DNA from: Tubiluchus corallicola
Taxonomy: Eukaryota; Animalia; Priapulida
Direction: 5' to 3'
DNA: 64,000 bases
Assembly: GCA_030141605.1 (NCBI GenBank)
Contig: JAQGDQ010000083.1
Location: 496,001 to 560,000 of the forward strand
A program made the position numbers and the translations under genes. Numbering within the stretch: the first letter of the stretch is position 1; every line of letters begins with the position of its first letter. The notes under the pieces were generated by a model. That model searched no databases. It worked only from the letters and a program-made list of their open reading frames with translations, and had not been told where the DNA came from. Below are positions 1 to 13,244 of this stretch, one piece after another.

Positions 1-1367
1 AATAAAACCACCAACAGTTTGTCCACCGTTTGGTCCTCTTTCTGCTGGCGTGCCTATTTTTTCCCATCATACCAAAACTGTTGCACAGATTGAGTTTTTC
101 TAGAGGCTGTTTGAGCATTTTTCTGAAAAATTTGCGTGGTTGGGTCCTGGGAAAACGCCCGTCACGGGATGCCGTGGCCCTCCCGCGAAATCTAGAGATG
201 ACTATAACACCCACCGTTGAATTGGCTATCTAGCCACTACAATCAGCACCCGGGGAACATTCCCATTCTCTAGAAATAAAAGGTATAAGTTTTACAAACA
301 AAGTCGAAAAAGGGCATTTTTTGAGGTTTCTCGCCATCCGTTCGTCCCCTTGGGTTCTGTTCGAACAATAAGTCCCCAATGGCAAATCTGTGGGTCCTTT
401 GGTTTTTCGCCGAGAATGATGCCGTCGTTGGAGCTGTAGCCTCGTCGGTTATATATCACAATATATCATAAAAAAACATACGATGATTTTATACCAATAC
501 GAATATCATAGTTTTTTTTTATATTATTGCTGAAAGGTTTCTGCTGACTACATGAAGAAAAGGAAAGAGAAAACAGAGTACAAATTAAAGGACGTATTAG
601 TCATGTTATATATTGGTTGTAAGTATTTGATAATAGAAACACATTATAATACATACTGGTACTACGATGCAGAAAAATTTAACTATTTAATGTAATGTAT
701 TTTTGTGCTGCGCCTATTTAATAAAATGTAACCCGAGTACAACACAAATATTATATGCACAACCATAATTATGTTGTTAATCATGTTTACCATGTTTGCA
801 GTGGAGATTGTGTCAGATTACTAAATTACGTTTTTTTTTTCTGATGGACTAATTAAACTAAAATGAGTAAAGGGAGATCATCAAAAAGAAGAAACTACAT
901 GAAGCCCTAATCACACTCGTATTTCAGTGTCTTCGTCGGAGAAGATTCGTATTGCTCGACTGAAGGCACGCCATCTAATGGAGGAACAATTGGGCAGAAG
1001 CCACGTCGACTTCAGCGATGATGACGGCAGTGATTAAACTTTAAACACAAATATACAATGTATTCCCGATGCGAGCTATGGACGTTAAATTTCTTAACGT
1101 CGCACGTGCCCTCAAGACTTTTCTATTTTGAACAAGAAACCAGTTTCAAAGTTAAAATGTTAAAATGAGAAGTAACGAATATAGATATAGGTTTTTGGTT
1201 ATTTATGTATAGTTATATTTATACTTAGCCCACTTATTGGATAACGTTAACACACTGAATCGCAAAGTAATTTTGTCAGACTTATAAAGAAAGAAAATGC
1301 AATTTAATATTACGTGACATTGTGATAGATATTATTAAAGGACAAATCAACTTTCAATATTATATAT

Positions 1368-1470
1368 TAGTGAGGGGAAGTTGTTCGTGAAGGGAAGCGT
1401 TGACGGACCTACGTCTGACTGTACATGTGTAGTTGTATACAGTCAGACCAAGCCCCCCCCCTCTTCACTA
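1368..1470. mobile_element. Short hairpin element (MITE-like, ~100 bp)
   Basis: Outer inverted repeat tagtgagggg / ccctcttcacta. Inner inverted repeat gtctgactgta / tacagtcagac. Confidence 0.45.
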
Positions 1471-1519
1471 AAAATGTCTCAGTTGACCAACGTACATAGA
1501 CAGGAAACAATAGACACAA

Positions 1520-1690
1520 TACGTGCTTAGAGACGGATGGCGATGATATTGTGGAGGAGTTGCTAATAGACCACAACATTGAGTTCACCTCCGAGGAACT
1601 CTCAAGACCTTCTCAATGACCAGCAACAGATGGCAGTTAAAAAAATACCACTAAAGGAGTAAGATGGAAGGCAAGATATTCAGAAGCCCA
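1520..1690 (+). mobile_element. Tigger/pogo-type transposase C-terminal remnant
   Basis: Frameshifted translation reads about LETDGDD-VEELLIDHNIEFTSEEL-DLLNDQQQMAVKKI. This resembles the acidic 'DDIEELLxxHxxELTxEEL' tail of Tigger1-like transposases. Confidence 0.5.
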
Positions 1691-1828
1691 ATGAGTTTAA
1701 GGAAGGTCCTAGTACAGCAAAGGAAAACACCAGGTGGAAAGTTAATAGACATGTACACGCTAGGTAACTCCCATTAGCTGCAATTAAATTCATTCTGCAT
1801 GAAGTCTGACATACAACTCATGTGTAAA

Positions 1829-1832
<4 letters not shown>

Positions 1833-1900
<68 letters not shown>
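1833..1900. repeat. (CT)n microsatellite
   Basis: Perfect CT run seen directly. Confidence 0.98.
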
Positions 1901-2944
1901 TCGTTCTGGTCGGTTGTGTAAAAATAATCGCAGAGATCTTAGTTTTAAGAACGTTTAAGATTAATCACAGTTGTTTCTTATTTTCATTAACAGTATAATA
2001 AATAATGATTATAAGTGCTGGTTTCGAAGTTTTCGTTAATGGTTTTTTCATTGGACATGTATTTGTGTAAGTTTAACTTTGTGGATCTGTTCAAACAAAT
2101 TAAACATATTATATTATATTATATATAATATGTAAACGTATTATATATATATTATATTACGTTGATTATATGAATTATATATATATGTATGTATGTATGT
2201 ATTTCCAACAATTCATGCAACAAATCTTGCAAACAAACAAAAATACTTTATACTGTCTGCTTTCAACTATTTTCTTGATTTTATTGATGCCAAAATTGAA
2301 CAACAACTTCTACAGTGAGTGTAAGCGACGATTATTCTAACTACGTAGGTGTACAATTTTAATTAAAAATAAGCACCACAAGCATTAAAACGACAAAAAT
2401 TAACAGTTAAAACCCAAATCCCACGGCAAGAAAATATTGGTGACGAAGGCCAATCACACAAGTTAATCTTAACTTGAATAATGATTCAGCATACTTGTAA
2501 ATATAGCGAAATGATATTAGTCTAAGGAAAACGTGCTAGATTTTTTGAAGTACATTTAAACATTATTAAGTACTACCAAACGCGTCTTATACATAAGAAG
2601 TGCCACATTAATTTGAGAACTGAAATGCGAAGAGTTAGTGTGACAAAGGAATTTAGGCGATCATACTACATAATCTTTTGTTTTGGATTTTTATGTACCA
2701 TAAATCTCTGCCAAATATTGCAGGGCATGAAAGATCACTGAATGATTGTAATAAAGAATTCGCATTGAATTTCCATTTGTTCGTTTATAATGTTTGCAAC
2801 ACGAATGCTGAGTCAATGTAAACAAGTTTTCCTACTTTGCACTTGTTCCTTGTCTGTCAGAGTCTACAAGCTGTAATTACAAGTTTTAAATGATTTAAAA
2901 ATTGGATATAAACCAGCTTCATTATTAGTTTTTCGTATTTTCCG

Positions 2945-4267
2945 CTATGGTCTTGGCTGCAGTGGCATAGCTTGAGTTAATTCGTTTGCTCTTTGTGCAT
3001 GTTGATTGGACGATTCTAATGTATTCGAAAGATCCGGGCCAGACGAGACTGCATTTCTTCTCCGGAGTATCTTAAACTCCTCCCTAAAGCATCTCCGATA
3101 TTCTGCGCTGGCCAAACAATAGATGTACATGTTGAACGCATGATTCATGCATGTAAGGTAACTGGCAAATGAACGACAGGCCACATAGACATCGTTGGTA
3201 ATACTGCGGAATGTGACACGCTGAATAATAGCAAAGATGACATTTGGTGTTGTAAGAGTAATGTAAGTCACAGAAACAGTTACCAGAAACACGTGTAGGC
3301 GGCGTTGCTCTGTAGCATCTTCAACCTGTTTGGCTGTTGGTCTTCTAAAATTGTTGCTCCTCAACTTCATTTGTCGTCTATAGCCTCTAATGACCAAAGG
3401 ATTAAGCGAAGCAACAATAGCAGTCGGTATGATCTGACCAATAAATGCTCTTGCCCAAGAATAAAAGTATTTGTACGCAGGATGTAGCGTGACTGGTTTG
3501 TAAGATGTCTCCGTATAAGTTACTTCCGCTGTTTCTTCATCAAACCACTTCTTTACCGTTTTTGAAAAAAATTCTGGTGTAATAAGTAACAATGCTGAAC
3601 AGAATATGAGTAAGACAACAACATTGACAACACGCCTCTTACGTATGATTCTGACCTTCAGTGGGTGACAAATGGCAATGTATCGGTCCACAGTCAGTGC
3701 TGCTGTAAGATAGTTGCTGGAATATATAAACCAGTTGAGAAATGGGTTGAAGCACTTCGCAAGAAATGTAGCCGCTTGTATAGATGATGTTGCGACTAGA
3801 TATTTGGCCAAGGCGTAACTCAGATAGACATGAATCACGATGATATCTGCAATAGGTATCCAACGCAGGTATGTGTACGACACTTCTTGCAAACGCTTGC
3901 TATTCCAGAAAATGACAATATTTACCACATTTCCAACTAAACCAAAGACATAAGCCACAGGAACACCGTAGCCAAACAGGTAGTAACTAAGTGTATTTCG
4001 GCTGAATTTCTCTTCCTGTGAATGATCTTTAGTTTTGACAACATTGCTGTTGCTATTATAGTATTCAGTGTTGGCTGATGTTGTGTTATTCACAATAACA
4101 TCAATTCTTTTTCCATTGGTTGTGTTTGACCTCCCGTTGTTATCTTCAAATCTATTGTCACCAAAATGAATAAAATTTCGTAAAAAATTCTCATTGTTCT
4201 CTTTTTGAAGTTCAACTCCATGAATGAGCAAATTTGCTACGAAGAATAGCGAAAGTCTGCCTTTCAT
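2945..4267 (-). CDS. Class A (rhodopsin-like) GPCR, FMRFamide-receptor / sex-peptide-receptor / Srw-like clade; single coding exon, 440 aa
   Basis: Seven hydrophobic segments. TM1 GLVGNVVNIVIF; TM2 YTYLRWIPIAD; TM3 ALTVDRYIAICHPLK; TM5 IIP...LN; TM6 ...TTP; TM7 NHAFNMYIYCL followed by helix 8 SAEYRRCF. Several N-x-S/T sites in the N-terminus. ATG is in aaaATG context. Confidence 0.95.
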   Translation of the reverse strand: MKGRLSLFFVANLLIHGVELQKENNENFLRNFIHFGDNRFEDNNGRSNTTNGKRIDVIVNNTTSANTEYYNSNSNVVKTKDHSQEEKFSRNTLSYYLFGYGVPVAYVFGLVGNVVNIVIFWNSKRLQEVSYTYLRWIPIADIIVIHVYLSYALAKYLVATSSIQAATFLAKCFNPFLNWFIYSSNYLTAALTVDRYIAICHPLKVRIIRKRRVVNVVVLLIFCSALLLITPEFFSKTVKKWFDEETAEVTYTETSYKPVTLHPAYKYFYSWARAFIGQIIPTAIVASLNPLVIRGYRRQMKLRSNNFRRPTAKQVEDATEQRRLHVFLVTVSVTYITLTTPNVIFAIIQRVTFRSITNDVYVACRSFASYLTCMNHAFNMYIYCLASAEYRRCFREEFKILRRRNAVSSGPDLSNTLESSNQHAQRANELTQAMPLQPRP

Positions 4268-6231
4268 TTTATTTACTGAGCCTTTTTGGTAAAACGCTTA
4301 ATTGTAACTGCTATTTTCTATGAGACACTGCAAGTTTTTAAGGCATAGTCACAGGTTTCAGATGTGCGCATCTCTCAAAGCGCATCGCCAATTATCACAG
4401 CATAATAGAGCGACATTATAACGGACGTAAATGTGTCACTTCGCAAATTGGCTCCTGAATGCCATGGTTTTGTTATTAGAATGACTAATTTTTGTTTGCT
4501 TTTCTACAAATTTGTTAAACTAATTGACATGCGGGATGCATAAAACATTTATTGTTTTAAGAGGTAAAGTGGCTATATTAACCTAAATTAACGTAGATAC
4601 CACTCATTGTATCTATATAGCGACACTGTTGCAATCGTGTCCGTCAGTAAAAATATTAATCTGATGGTAAAAAAAATTAACAAAACTTTACATTGATGAG
4701 TAGTGTTATGTATCCATGCGTAAATATAGCAATATTGAGTGAATTTACATCCAAACGTGCAAGCATAACGCCGTGACCGTGTCTGCACTGACTATACCTG
4801 GTCGAGGGTGGTTAACTCATGCCAATACTAAATCTTGTAGATAATTATTGTGCTCAAGCGTGATTAACCAGTGTGCACAATGCCTGTGTTTAATTTGAAA
4901 TTTCCTGACTCTGCTTACTACATACTTTTGGAGTCATTTAGTATGTTACGACTAGACAGACAAAGCCGTTTGCCATCATTTTCACATTTTGGCTCCTGTC
5001 TCAGACCTGTAATCAATCAGATATTTTTTATATTTGTCATTTTAATATACACCATCGTCTCAGGCCCTACTTCAGGTGTCTAACCTGCAAGTTTCGTGGC
5101 TTTAGTTACTATAGTTTTAGAATTATTCAGTGCTACGCATTTTAGCTCCTATTTAAAACTCCAATTATACAGTTACCTTACAAACTCACAATACATTTTT
5201 CTATTAAATCGGGCCACAATCCCAGCTTTTTTAACCACATTGTTAACTGTCCTTACCAGAGTCGCGTAGCAAGTGTTTGTGATGACCAGAAGGAAAAACA
5301 CTGCTGGCGCCCCAAGTTTTAAATATTTTGATCTTTTGTTTCCTTGGTGAAACCAAAAATTGTGCACGTTTTTGGCGTTCCTGAGTTCCACATTTCTACA
5401 TGATAGGGTAAACGAATTTTTTCCTTTGTTTGATTTGTAGTACTGCACCATAGTAACTCTTTTCTGTGCATTAGTTGCTCGCAACACGATAGTCCTTGAC
5501 CGTTCAGGTCCAACATTAAAACAAAATAAATTCCAAAATTATGAAAGATACAGAACGCTGCAGGTTTTCACAATAATACAATTGGCATTAAATTTTGGAG
5601 AAACGCCACTGTTTTTCCAAAAATTATCCATCTGTTAAACCACGAGCCACCCTATACATGTTGTTAAATAACAAATTTAGCATTTTTTTTCTAGGCTCTG
5701 CGTAGTAATTAAGTCAGCTACGATGTTCTCTGACTAGACAATTTTGCTGTAGTTTGAAAACTTTTTAATAGTTTTATTAATGTCGGATTAGTTTCTGATT
5801 CAGTGCGTTTGCATAGCAAATTCGTCCATTAGTCTGGGTTAAGCTTTTCTAGTTATTCACATGTCCTGAGTTTCCATTTCATGAGGATCATTTTGAGATC
5901 AAGTTCATCGCTCTATGTTATTTCTAACATAAGATAATCTACGTTGAAATTGAGGTGCACGCTACGCACTGATAAGTATAATCTTGAGAAAATCGATGTT
6001 AAAGTTAGCCATTGTGTTTTGTCGCATTTCTACAAAACACTTAGTAATCGCACAAATGTTGGTTGCTACGAACTTTGCAATAACACATTGAAGTTATGTT
6101 TAAATCCAGTAGATGACTCTTACGGATGGCTCAAGTAGATGATGAAGATCTGGGCTTGGCAACAGAAAAACAGGAAACAAAATGGCTGCTCCCATCAGTT
6201 ACTGTCGGAGTTTGAAAAACAAGTTTTTTAC

Positions 6232-6251
6232 TAGCAGCAGCAGCAGTAGCA

Positions 6252-6312
<61 letters not shown>

Positions 6313-6337
6313 AAGTAGCAGTAGCAGTAGCAGTAGC

Positions 6338-6408
<71 letters not shown>

Positions 6409-6441
6409 AGGGGGGCAGAGCAGCAGAGCAGCAGAGCAGAC

Positions 6442-6481
<40 letters not shown>

Positions 6482-6596
6482 TGTAGTGTTAGTAGAGTAG
6501 AGTAGTAGGTGGGGGTGGGGGTGAGTGTGTGGTGTAGTAGTAGTAGTGTAGAGTGTGTAGTGTGTGTGTAGTGAGTAGTGTAGGGTGTAGTGTAGT

Positions 6597-6660
<64 letters not shown>

Positions 6661-6734
6661 CAGTAGCAGCAGTGCAGTAGCAGTAGCAGTAGCAGTAGCA
6701 GTAGCGGTAGCAGTAGCGGTAGCAGGGGTAGAGA

Positions 6735-6767
<33 letters not shown>

Positions 6768-6908
6768 CAGCAGCAGCAGCAGTGCAGCGCAGCAGCAGCA
6801 GCGCGCAGCGCAGCAGCAGCAGCAGTAGTAGTAGTAATAGCAGTAGCAGTAGTAGTAGTGGTAGTAGTAGCAGCAGCAGTAGCAGTAGCAGTAGTAGTAG
6901 TGGTAGTA
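6232..6908. repeat. Compound (CAG)n/(TAG)n microsatellite
   Basis: Seen directly; it explains the poly-Ser/Val ORF 6182-6505. Confidence 0.97.
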
Positions 6909-8682
6909 TTAGTTTCTAGCCAGAAAATTGGGTACCGGGTTATAAAATTAGATTTTTAGCATTTTTTGAACATTTTCTCGATAATTTGATGCTAGAATAT
7001 AAAAGTCCAATGTATTTAGCGTTTAAATGTTTAGTGCATTCTACTTTGAAGTATCATAACGAAATTTTAACTATAGCGACTTATGGACGATTTTGGTTTG
7101 CAAGCACTATTAATGATTAACAATAATTAAACTCTAGAATAATTTTGCGCCCCCTCGCCATTGTCCTCTCTCGCCACCCTTACTACGTCTCTGCCCTACC
7201 CCACGTATCCTACTACCCTGCAAGCTTCGTGACTCTAGTCCTCTGCGTTTGGGAGTCAGCATGAATTAAAAAGAGGAAAATTGAATTTCTATTTAACATG
7301 ACGATGATGCCTTTATCACATCCTCAGCGCGTCCGTCACAGGAAATCCGGTCGCAAGTCGAGAGTATTATTGACCGCCTAGCACCTCCTAGTGAGCATTT
7401 CATACAACATTTACTTAACTGGTAAAAACGATATTTGAAATTTTACTGCTGAAAACCTGCAAAGGTACAGATTGTTCAAGATGACGTGTAGAATATACAT
7501 GTAATGTGGATTATCTATCATCAATGTACCTAGCGGACTAATGTTGCAAAACATTTCATCTCATTTATTGGTCCTAATACGTAGAATAAAATACCTGCAA
7601 ATATTAAGCAATTTCGTCGCTACCAAGATTCAAAAAAAGTTTGAAAGCCTCATTCTTAAATTCATATTAAAGTTTAAACGTGTATAGTATATGACGCATG
7701 TTCAGATTCACAGTATATATATATATATATATATATTGCGATGTCCTACTATCAATCTCATATTCATTCTCATTCACATCATTTCACTAACCTAATCCCA
7801 CTAATTCCCATCTCCTGCACTCTCCAAAGTCATTCGATCGTTTTTGCCTTCCTTTTTTGCACCTTAACACCAGCACCATTAATTGCATTACGGTCACAAA
7901 AGTGACGCTTCTGACTGCAATGCAAGCAACAATTTATATAGACATCATGCCATGTTGATTTTATTATGAAATTAATGTAACTATGTATACCATGTTATCA
8001 TAATGTGTTTTACTATATTGTATTGTTGCTTTGCGTTAGGGTTCTAACACCCTAACATCAAATAAAATAAAAAATAAATTGTGTAAGGGTTTTAAGCAGG
8101 GCATACAATCTTTCTCATTTGCAAAATCCAATTACACAACAACGAGCTGCAAATTTGAGTTACAGAAACCAGTATGTCCACTTTATATGCAAATGACATT
8201 AATTAAATAAGTTTTAAGAAGCAATTTCAAATAGCTTTTTCACACTGCGGTACCCTACCCCCATTTCTTTCCCCAAAAATTGACAATTATCAACAGTATT
8301 CGCTTTTAACATGTCACGGCCGATACTTTAAAAAGAACAAAATCCTGGTAACCAAGAAATACTAGATCATGAAACACTTTTAATGGTAAATTTAACAATA
8401 ATAACGATTAGTGATATAACCTCTGCTGATAATTTATTTATTGCATGTAAGTGATTATTGTTTTTGTCTGCAGAGGACAGCACCATGCAATCTGCTTTGT
8501 AGTTTGTTTGGTCTGTTGCTTGTTAGTGGCGCCCCGAGTTAGAGACTTTGTGCAACCCCGGCCAGGAATGGGGAATACTGGATTTGCAGGTTTTCGTTTT
8601 CATTTAAAAATCCGATTTGATCTTAGGTTTGGTATGTAAATGTTTTGAAAATTTCTTATTTTTTGCCTGTAATGACGGAATG

Positions 8683-9200
8683 TCAAAGCAAAACCGGACA
8701 TTGTCTTAAAATGTAGGTCAAAACAATCTACACTTTAAAATGTTGAAAGGAAACATACTATTTTTCAAAAATGACTTACGTGAAACAATTATTACCACAC
8801 AAACAATTTCGCCTTAGTGCCACTAGTTCGTCGCTGTTACGACCATTTCGCCATTCGATAGTTAGACGGGCACTAGCGCCTTCATTTCGGAAACGCATTG
8901 CACAAAAACAGGTGCTGTACCTCTCAGTTCAGATGCATTCGTTTGTGTCGAACTACACACGCTCGACACAAACGTAAATTTGAAATTTGTATTTTTACCC
9001 TAAAACTGCCTAATTTTAGTACCGCACACTGTAATATTTTGCAGACACGCTCTGGAATATTTTTGCTGTTGAAAATTATGTTCGTTTGTGATGTCATCAA
9101 TACTTGGGCTCGCCCGCCGTTATTTAAGGTTTTAATCTATTATTTAATTATCAGAAACGTTTTTCTAAATGTGATAGAATACAAACTTTTTATCGGACTT
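8683..9200 (+). mobile_element. Non-autonomous DNA transposon family B (Kolobok-like), copy 1
   Basis: Aligns by eye with the reverse complement of 21826-22396 and with 41925-42317 (for example gatgtcaycamtayttgggctc...ttatcagaaacgtttt). Family termini are ttaaAGGAAAA...TTTTCCTttaa; TTAA target plus purine ends is typical of Kolobok. Confidence 0.6.
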
Positions 9201-9204
9201 GAAA

Positions 9205-9749
9205 ATTGGCGATAACCGTTCGACGCAGCCATTTTGACGGCAGTCATTTGTAACAAATTTAGATAACATTGTGTAAACTTTGAAAAACTAATCAAAGCAT
9301 TCGTAGCGCACACGTCACTAACTAAATAAAATTTAAAATTATTATATTTTGTCAATAAGACGAAAAATACGTTTTTGGTTAGTGAGTGGCGCACCCTGGA
9401 GGGTGAGCCAGCGCCGTTTTACCAAATTGTGAAAACATGTTAAATAATTAAAAATGTGCTTTCCTAGTGACATAAGTCTTTCAAGCAGGTAAGCGAAAAC
9501 CTAAGTAATATAGATTTGCATGTGAAGTTTTTGGGACATCATTTAACATTGCCTTTTCTTCCTCTGATTTACGTTTGCTTAGTGACGTCATGTAATGGCG
9601 AGTTCGGGATAGTATTGCGGGAGATTAAAAATGAAGACAAACAAAAATTCCTTTTAACGCGAGTACGCATAAAGTTGCTATAAAGTAATACAATTTTTAA
9701 GGCGATTTTTCTGAAACCTACTTCATGTACCCCTTTTCTTGTCATTTAA
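9205..9749 (+). mobile_element. Non-autonomous DNA transposon family C (Kolobok-like), copy 1
   Basis: About 530 bp inverted match to 11043-11565. Ends in ttcttgtcatttaa, a degenerate TIR plus TTAA. Confidence 0.7.
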
Positions 9750-11042
9750 ACGAAAAGTCGCCAGTAGAGTCACCTCTCTCTCTCAATCACACAAAATTAA
9801 ACTTGACACAAGCAAGTGAAATCAATGATCATGCATGTCTAAGAAAGATAATCCTATGAGTCTTTGGTTTGGCAGATTGATTGATGAGCTTTCTAGCTGA
9901 AATCTGCCTTCCGCTAAGCTCTGGAAATTAATTCTATGCGACTCTTTTTGTAAATGAGCATTAGAACGCGACTATAGAAAAATATCTTATGTAGTTTCTT
10001 TCAAAAATTTAGATAAGCAGTGCGCGTGCAGTAGAGCTATAGGGCATGTTCATGCTTTTTTGCATAATTGATTATTGATTGTAGATTTCAAGTCATTGAT
10101 TAATTGCATTTTGCCATTAAACCTGTTTTTCTCCTTCGGTTACACTCAGGGTACAGAAACAGAACACTCGGGGCAAATCAAATTTTTGTTTAATATCAAG
10201 TCTGCCTTTCTATTTACCGGTGCCCAGTTTCTTATTATCTGATCAGCGATGGCAAATCTGCTATTATTTGTAAACGTTTGAATACTTTATCTGGTGTCAT
10301 TTGCTGGTCATGAATGAATTGTCTGTTTTATGCATACTATAAATTGGCTGATTCTTCTAGTCATTGGTGTTGCATTCATCAAAACCAGATAATTTCTTGT
10401 TGAAAATTTATTAAAAGATAACGTTTTGAGATAGATTCTACGAATTTTACTGTCCAGACCAGGAACCAGCTTAGGAAACACCGAAATCTCATAATAACCT
10501 AAAAGTTTCACGACACTACGTATCAAGGGATCTTTTGCGTCCGTTAAAAATTGAAAATTGTTTTCTGGTAAATTAGTTCTTTATGCAGTTCGCTACAGGT
10601 GAGCAAAATGGACATGACACCACTCATGCTACTTACCCAACGTCCAAAAATGTTAATTTGTAAGATGAATCACGTAGCAATAATTCCTGAAACCCGAGAA
10701 AATATTTAATGTATCCTAACTAGTTGGTTTTACCCAGTGTATTCATAGTCATTTTAATTATTTTGTTTTGTCAAAGAAATTTTAGATACACATTGAAAAC
10801 GAGGACCTGGAGTGTTCAAGTATCAGCGTAAAAAATACTCGTCTTGCACTTGTCATGTAGGCCTAATTGCCTTTCACCTATTAGTAGTGTCTCGTTCTTG
10901 TTACGTTCTTGTTACAAAGATATACATATAATATTTATACGTGTTAACAACAATTTTGTAACATTTTTGAAGGCAAGCAAGTCGCGCAAAGGCCTAGCTT
11001 ATTCATAATTAGGCACACATACGTGTAGTAAGTCCTATAAAG

Positions 11043-11715
11043 TCAAAGGACAAGAAAGGGGTACCTGAAGTAGGTTTCAGAAAAATCGCCCTAAAAACTT
11101 ATATTACGTTACAGCAATTTTATGCGTATATCGTACTCGCGTTGAAAGATTTTCTGTTTGTTTTCATTTTAAATTAACCGCGACATTCTTCCAACCGCGC
11201 CATTACATGACGTCATATATGCACAACGTAAATCAGGGGAAGAAAAGGCAATGTTAAACTATGTCCCAAAAAACTTTCCATGCAAAATTATATTACTTAG
11301 CATTTCGCTTACCTACTTGAAAGACTTATGTAACTAGAAAAAAATTTATTAATTATTTAAAATGTTTTCGCCAATTCGTAAAATATCGTGCACCACTCAC
11401 TAACCAAAAACGTATTTTTAATCTTATTGACAAGATACAGTAATTTAAAATTTTAACAAGTTAGTGACGTGTGCACTACGAATGCGCTGATTATTTTTTC
11501 AAACTTTACTCAGTGTTATCTAAACTTATTTCAAATGACCTGTCGACAAAATGGCTGCGTCAAGCGATCATCACGGGAGTTTAAATTTGCATGTTTTATA
11601 TAGCTTGACTGCCGATTGAAGTCCTGTATGTAAAAATGGCAGTATGTAAGTGATATAAAATTTCAAGACGAATTTTTTAAGCTCTATGTAAGTGGAAGAT
11701 TTTCTTGTGCTTTAA
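11043..11715 (-). mobile_element. Family C Kolobok-like MITE, apparently full-length (~670 bp)
   Basis: TIRs tcaaaggacaagaaa ... tttcttgtgctttaa. Homologous to 9205-9749 and 26155-26615. Confidence 0.7.
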
Positions 11716-11873
11716 ATATGATAATCATTATAACTAAATAAATACAATATAAACCCTGTCAGTTCTACAAAGTGCCTAAAAAGTGTAGCGACGACTTTGC
11801 CCTTTTTTGGATTTTTATCGAAGATCTGAAATGACTGCCTGCTGCTGCCACCTGTTACTTTCTTTTAGTAGTT

Positions 11874-12008
11874 ATTTAGGCTTATTACTGTAACTGTGTG
11901 GCCTACCTTTAGTGTAACAGTAACTGTAATTTAGGATTATTACTGTAACTGTGTGGCCTACCTTTAGTGTAACAGTAACTGTAATTTAGGATTATTACTG
12001 TAACTGTA
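11874..12008. repeat. 55-bp tandem repeat, ~2.5 copies
   Basis: Unit atttaggattattactgtaactgtgtggcctacctttagtgtaacagtaactgta starts at 11874, 11929 and 11984. Confidence 0.9.
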
Positions 12009-12234
12009 TGCTTCAGTCGCTCAAGCATTTTATGAAGCATTAATTGTCTGCAACTATGACACACACAGAACACTATTATTGATCATCTCTATTACTATCG
12101 GGACGTAACTCAAGCATTACTCGTCAATCCTAGACCTGCTATTATTTACAACAACATTTTTCATAAACTCACATCAGATCATCCATCCAGTGGCATTCTT
12201 TACCAAATGTTTTCTTAGTTGATTGCACGTGTAA

Positions 12235-13244
12235 TTAAGATTCTGCTTACAGCGGCGACAGGTCGATTACAGCAGAATCTTCTTGACTTATCCCCGGTTT
12301 TTATTTTTATTATTTATTTATTTATTATTTGTGACGTTTTGTTTCTTTAGTAACTCACACGCGCACAGTCCTAGGGTCATGAAACTCGCAGGACACATTC
12401 CTCAGGGAGGGGGATTTATGTTAATGTGCGACCGGTCGCTCTCGGGTCAAAGATTGTGTAGCGGGCAGGGCTTCTTATTTTTTTCGTTAGGCCGGATCTC
12501 CTCCTACAGTTTTTGAGTTAGGGCCACAGTTTTTGGCTAGGTGGTGTCGAGTTTATTGTGCACGGCTGAATATGAGCCTTTTGCAAAGAGAAAAATTTTC
12601 GGTTGGGGGAAAAAATCAATCGAGGGCTTAAGGGACACCAATGCTTCCAGTTTCGCGTAACAGTGTCGTGTGATATATCAAATGAAAGGTCTTGATGAGA
12701 CGAACCGAGTTTCACTAATTTTGTTTGACACCTGACCCCGCTAGGGGACAGAAACCGAAATCGCGTGTTGGGACACCAATACTTCCAGTGTTGAGTAACA
12801 GTATCTTGTAGTATGTCAAATAAAAGGCCTCGATGAGAGAAATTGAATGATATGACTTAAGCCTAGACTGGTCAACCACTGACCCCACTAGAGGACAATA
12901 AGTTAAATTGTCTGGCAATGATACAACAAGTCTTCCTATGTCGAGCAATAATAGGTTGTCAAATGAAAGGTCTTGATGAGACAAATTGAAAGGTGTATAT
13001 TGACCCGTATTTGGTAACCACTGGTTACTAGTCAAAAAGTGACAAGCTGTGATTTCATTGAAACTGCTAATCGAGTCAGACACAACCGTATATACGTATA
13101 ATTAACAACATACAGTGTTGTTAATTATTTTGAAAACATTTTTTATTTGTGAATACAAAACAAAAGTTGTCATTTAAAACATCTCCTGTCACAGAAGCAG
13201 AATCTTACCACACTTTTTAGCACAGTCAGAAACGTCCACTAGTT
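12235..13244 (+). mobile_element. Helentron-associated non-autonomous element (HINE / DINE-1-like)
   Basis: 5' subTIR aagattctgct (12237) with a nearby inverted copy agcagaatctt (12271). Then a (TTAT) microsatellite, internal tandem repeats containing tcaaatgaaaggtcttgatgaga, a 3' subTIR aagcagaatctt (13195), and a ctagtt end. Confidence 0.75.

Noticed and set aside
1-450. GC-richer segment with a 67-aa ORF at the window start
   Set aside because: I recognised no protein or RNA motif in the frames I read, and the segment is truncated by the window edge.
5173-5516. Overlapping minus-strand ORFs upstream of the GPCR, possibly THAP-like or extra exons
   Set aside because: No complete motif could be reconstructed, and the GPCR ORF is already complete.
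6182-6505. Poly-Ser ORF
   Set aside because: It is a (CAG)/(TAG) microsatellite.
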